Positions 62,043 through 64,000 of a stretch of 64,000 nt of DNA are shown piece after piece. The notes below the pieces were generated by a model. That model made no database searches and was not told the origin of the DNA. It saw only the letters and a list, made by a program, of their open reading frames with translations. This stretch comes from a bacterium (GTDB taxonomy: Bacteria > UBA8248), in contig CBDATS010000005.1 of assembly GCA_965200245.1 (NCBI GenBank), forward strand, positions 320,001 through 384,000. The letters run 5' to 3'. Position numbers and translations under genes: made by a program. How positions within the stretch are numbered: the stretch's first letter is position 1; each line of letters starts with the position of its first letter.

Positions 62043-62498
62043 CTAGGAAACGGCCATGCGACGCCCGCTCTCATACCATTCAGGACCCGGCTGTTCCGGC
62101 GGATCGTCGTAGCGCTTGATCTCGAGTTCGACGTTGTCGGGATCGTAGAAATATGTGGCGTAACCCACGCCGAAAGCACCGAGGTTCTTCTCCTCGCCGC
62201 GGTGCGGCTCTCTGCCACTCGCGCGCAAGCGCTCAATCACCTTGTGGTACTCGGCATCATCGAGACAAAACGCGAGGTGGTCCATCCCACCCTTGACTTC
62301 GACGTCATCCGACACGAAATCTTTGGCGTGAAACAGCACGAGAATGTCCTCCCCCACGCGGAAGACAACCTGATCGATCTCGCCATCATGGATGAGCCTG
62401 CGGCCGACGGGCTTGAAACCCATCACGTCACGGTAGAACATGATGGATTCATCGAGATTCGTGACGCGCAGGGCCACATGTTCGATCATTCGCTTCAT
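62043..62498 (-). CDS. VOC family protein
   Basis: IEHVALRV, MDHLAF and YFYDPDNVELEI. Confidence 0.85.
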   Translation of the reverse strand: MKRMIEHVALRVTNLDESIMFYRDVMGFKPVGRRLIHDGEIDQVVFRVGEDILVLFHAKDFVSDDVEVKGGMDHLAFCLDDAEYHKVIERLRASGREPHRGEEKNLGAFGVGYATYFYDPDNVELEIKRYDDPPEQPGPEWYESGRRMAVS

Positions 62499-62528
62499 GG
62501 CTGCCTCCTTTTTGCCGGAGGGGAGGGA

Positions 62529-63050
62529 TTAGTCTTCGTAGGCTTTCACCGTGGGTACCGTGATGGGGGTTTCCGGCTCGGTTCTGCCCTCGGCTACGGC
62601 ACGAATCGCTGCGATGATCTGGCGATATCCCGTGCATCGGCAGAGATTTCCGGTGAGCCAGTGCTGAATTTCCGCCTCGGTGGGGTCGGGATTTTCATCG
62701 AGCAGTTTTTTGGCCGAGACGATCATCCCCGGTGTGCAGTAGCCGCACTGCGTGGCGCCATAGGACGCAAAGGCGGCCTGAAGGGGATGCAAGTCATCAA
62801 GACCGCCGAGGCCTTCTATCGTCTCGATATTCGACCCATCAGCGCGCACCGCGAGAACGAGACAAGAACTGATGAGTTCACCATCCATGATGATCGAACA
62901 GGAACCGCAGGCTCCCTGATCGCAGGCGCGCTTTGTGCCCATCATACCCAAATCTTCACGGATGAGGTCCACCAGATATCGGCTTACGGGAACCATGGCA
63001 TCGACGGGTTCGCCGTTGAGAACAAAAGATATCATCCTTTTTTCAGACAT
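62529..63050 (-). CDS. (2Fe-2S)-binding subunit of xanthine dehydrogenase/CoxS family
   Basis: GTKRACDQGACGSC, QCGYCTPG and GNLCRCTGY. Confidence 0.93.
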   Translation of the reverse strand: MSEKRMISFVLNGEPVDAMVPVSRYLVDLIREDLGMMGTKRACDQGACGSCSIIMDGELISSCLVLAVRADGSNIETIEGLGGLDDLHPLQAAFASYGATQCGYCTPGMIVSAKKLLDENPDPTEAEIQHWLTGNLCRCTGYRQIIAAIRAVAEGRTEPETPITVPTVKAYED

Positions 63051-63135
63051 ATCGAGCCCTCACTCTTTGTGACCATGCGCTGTCGTGACGTGGCCTCACT
63101 ATACCACGATTCATTCGTACGTACACAGGGAATCC

Positions 63136-64000
63136 TCAAATCTTCCTGAGCGTCGGGATGAGTTCGTCCGAGATCATTCGCATGCTGTGGAGCGCCGTGG
63201 AAAGCGGCATTCCCGCCCAGTGGGTACGGATGACGAGGTGATTCATCCCGACTTCCTCCCAGTAGGGGCGAAGCTGCTCGTAACACTCCTCGGGTGAGCC
63301 GAGGATGAAGCGATCCTTCAGGAGATCGTCGAATTCCTAGTCGAACGTCTCATCCTCGGGCATGGCGTCGTCCTGCCCCCATTTGGCGTAGTCCTGGTAT
63401 TTGCCGAACAGATAAGGCCCCGCCATTTCGAGGGCGGTCTTCTTGTCACGGCTGCAGAACACTTCCTTGATGCACGGGAATTCCCTGGGAAACGGCTTGC
63501 CGCAGCGGTCCAGCTCCGCACGGCAGAGCGCCATCTGCCTCCTGATGGTCGCCGTGGTCGAATGGGGGTTGATGAACCAGTTGTCCCCGATACGTGCGGC
63601 GCGCTCGATGGCCTTGTCGTTGTTCGCCGCCACCCATATCGGCGGATAAGGCTTCTGTACGGGGCGGATGTTCATTCGCACGCCGTCGAGCTTGCAGACT
63701 TCATCCTCCCAAGTGACTTCCTCTTCCGTCCAGAGTCGCTTCACGAGTTCGAGTCATTCTTCGAAACGGCGCACGCGCTGTCCTTTCGGCACGCGAAAGG
63801 CGTCGAACTCCGCCTCGCGATAGCCCAGCCCGATTCCGAACACGAAGTTTCCCCGGCAGATCACGTCCATCGTCGCCACCGTTTCAGCCACATAGACCGG
63901 GTTGTGGAGGTTGATAAGCAGGATGCCGAGCCCAAGCGTCATCTCGCCCGCCTCGGCCTGCAGGCGCGCCAGGAAGGGCACGATCTGGAGTTGCTTGTTG
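63136..64000 (-). pseudogene. LLM-class (luciferase-like) monooxygenase, interrupted and running off the window edge
   Basis: HNPVYVAE, GLGYREAEF, RPVQKPYPPIW and FILGSPEE; in-frame TGA at 63754-63756, TAG at 63337-63339 and a frameshift near 63250. Confidence 0.75.

Noticed and set aside
63754-63756. In-frame TGA in the LLM gene as selenocysteine
   Set aside because: Not in a redox motif, no clear SECIS seen, and the same gene also has a TAG and a frameshift
1-64000. CRISPR arrays, tRNA or rRNA genes, integrase/att site
   Set aside because: No regularly spaced short repeats, tRNA cloverleaf or integrase ORF recognised by eye; tRNAscan-SE or a CRISPR finder would be decisive

Overview
GC-rich bacterial chromosomal window, mostly housekeeping and catabolic genes: SsuD/SsuE-like pair, IlvD/Edd dehydratase, SRAP/YedK, sdhCAB, aceEF, two branched-chain amino acid type ABC transporters, M20/M24 hydrolases, four VOC proteins, msrB and an asparaginase. 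A decayed accessory island (~43.7-56.7 kb) interrupts it. The island holds remnants of ArdC, a relaxase, MobC, a group II intron, HsdM, a HEPN protein and IS ends, around an intact Fic gene, znuC/znuB and an intact AlbA_2/Schlafen-HATPase gene. Three signals stand out. (1) Two NHLP-leader RiPP precursor genes 39 kb apart share a ~400-nt non-coding upstream block and leader but have unrelated cores (YLDEPGDRIYEKGIR vs EWVWH); the second lies next to a putative ABBA-like peptide prenyltransferase. (2) A glutaredoxin-DinB fusion truncated in the ORF track has an in-frame TGA in a UxxC motif followed by a SECIS-like hairpin, so it is a probable selenoprotein. (3) The Schlafen-like gene has an atypical C-terminal extension and survives inside a dead restriction/toxin locus. 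All family calls come from motif recognition by eye, with no database searches.
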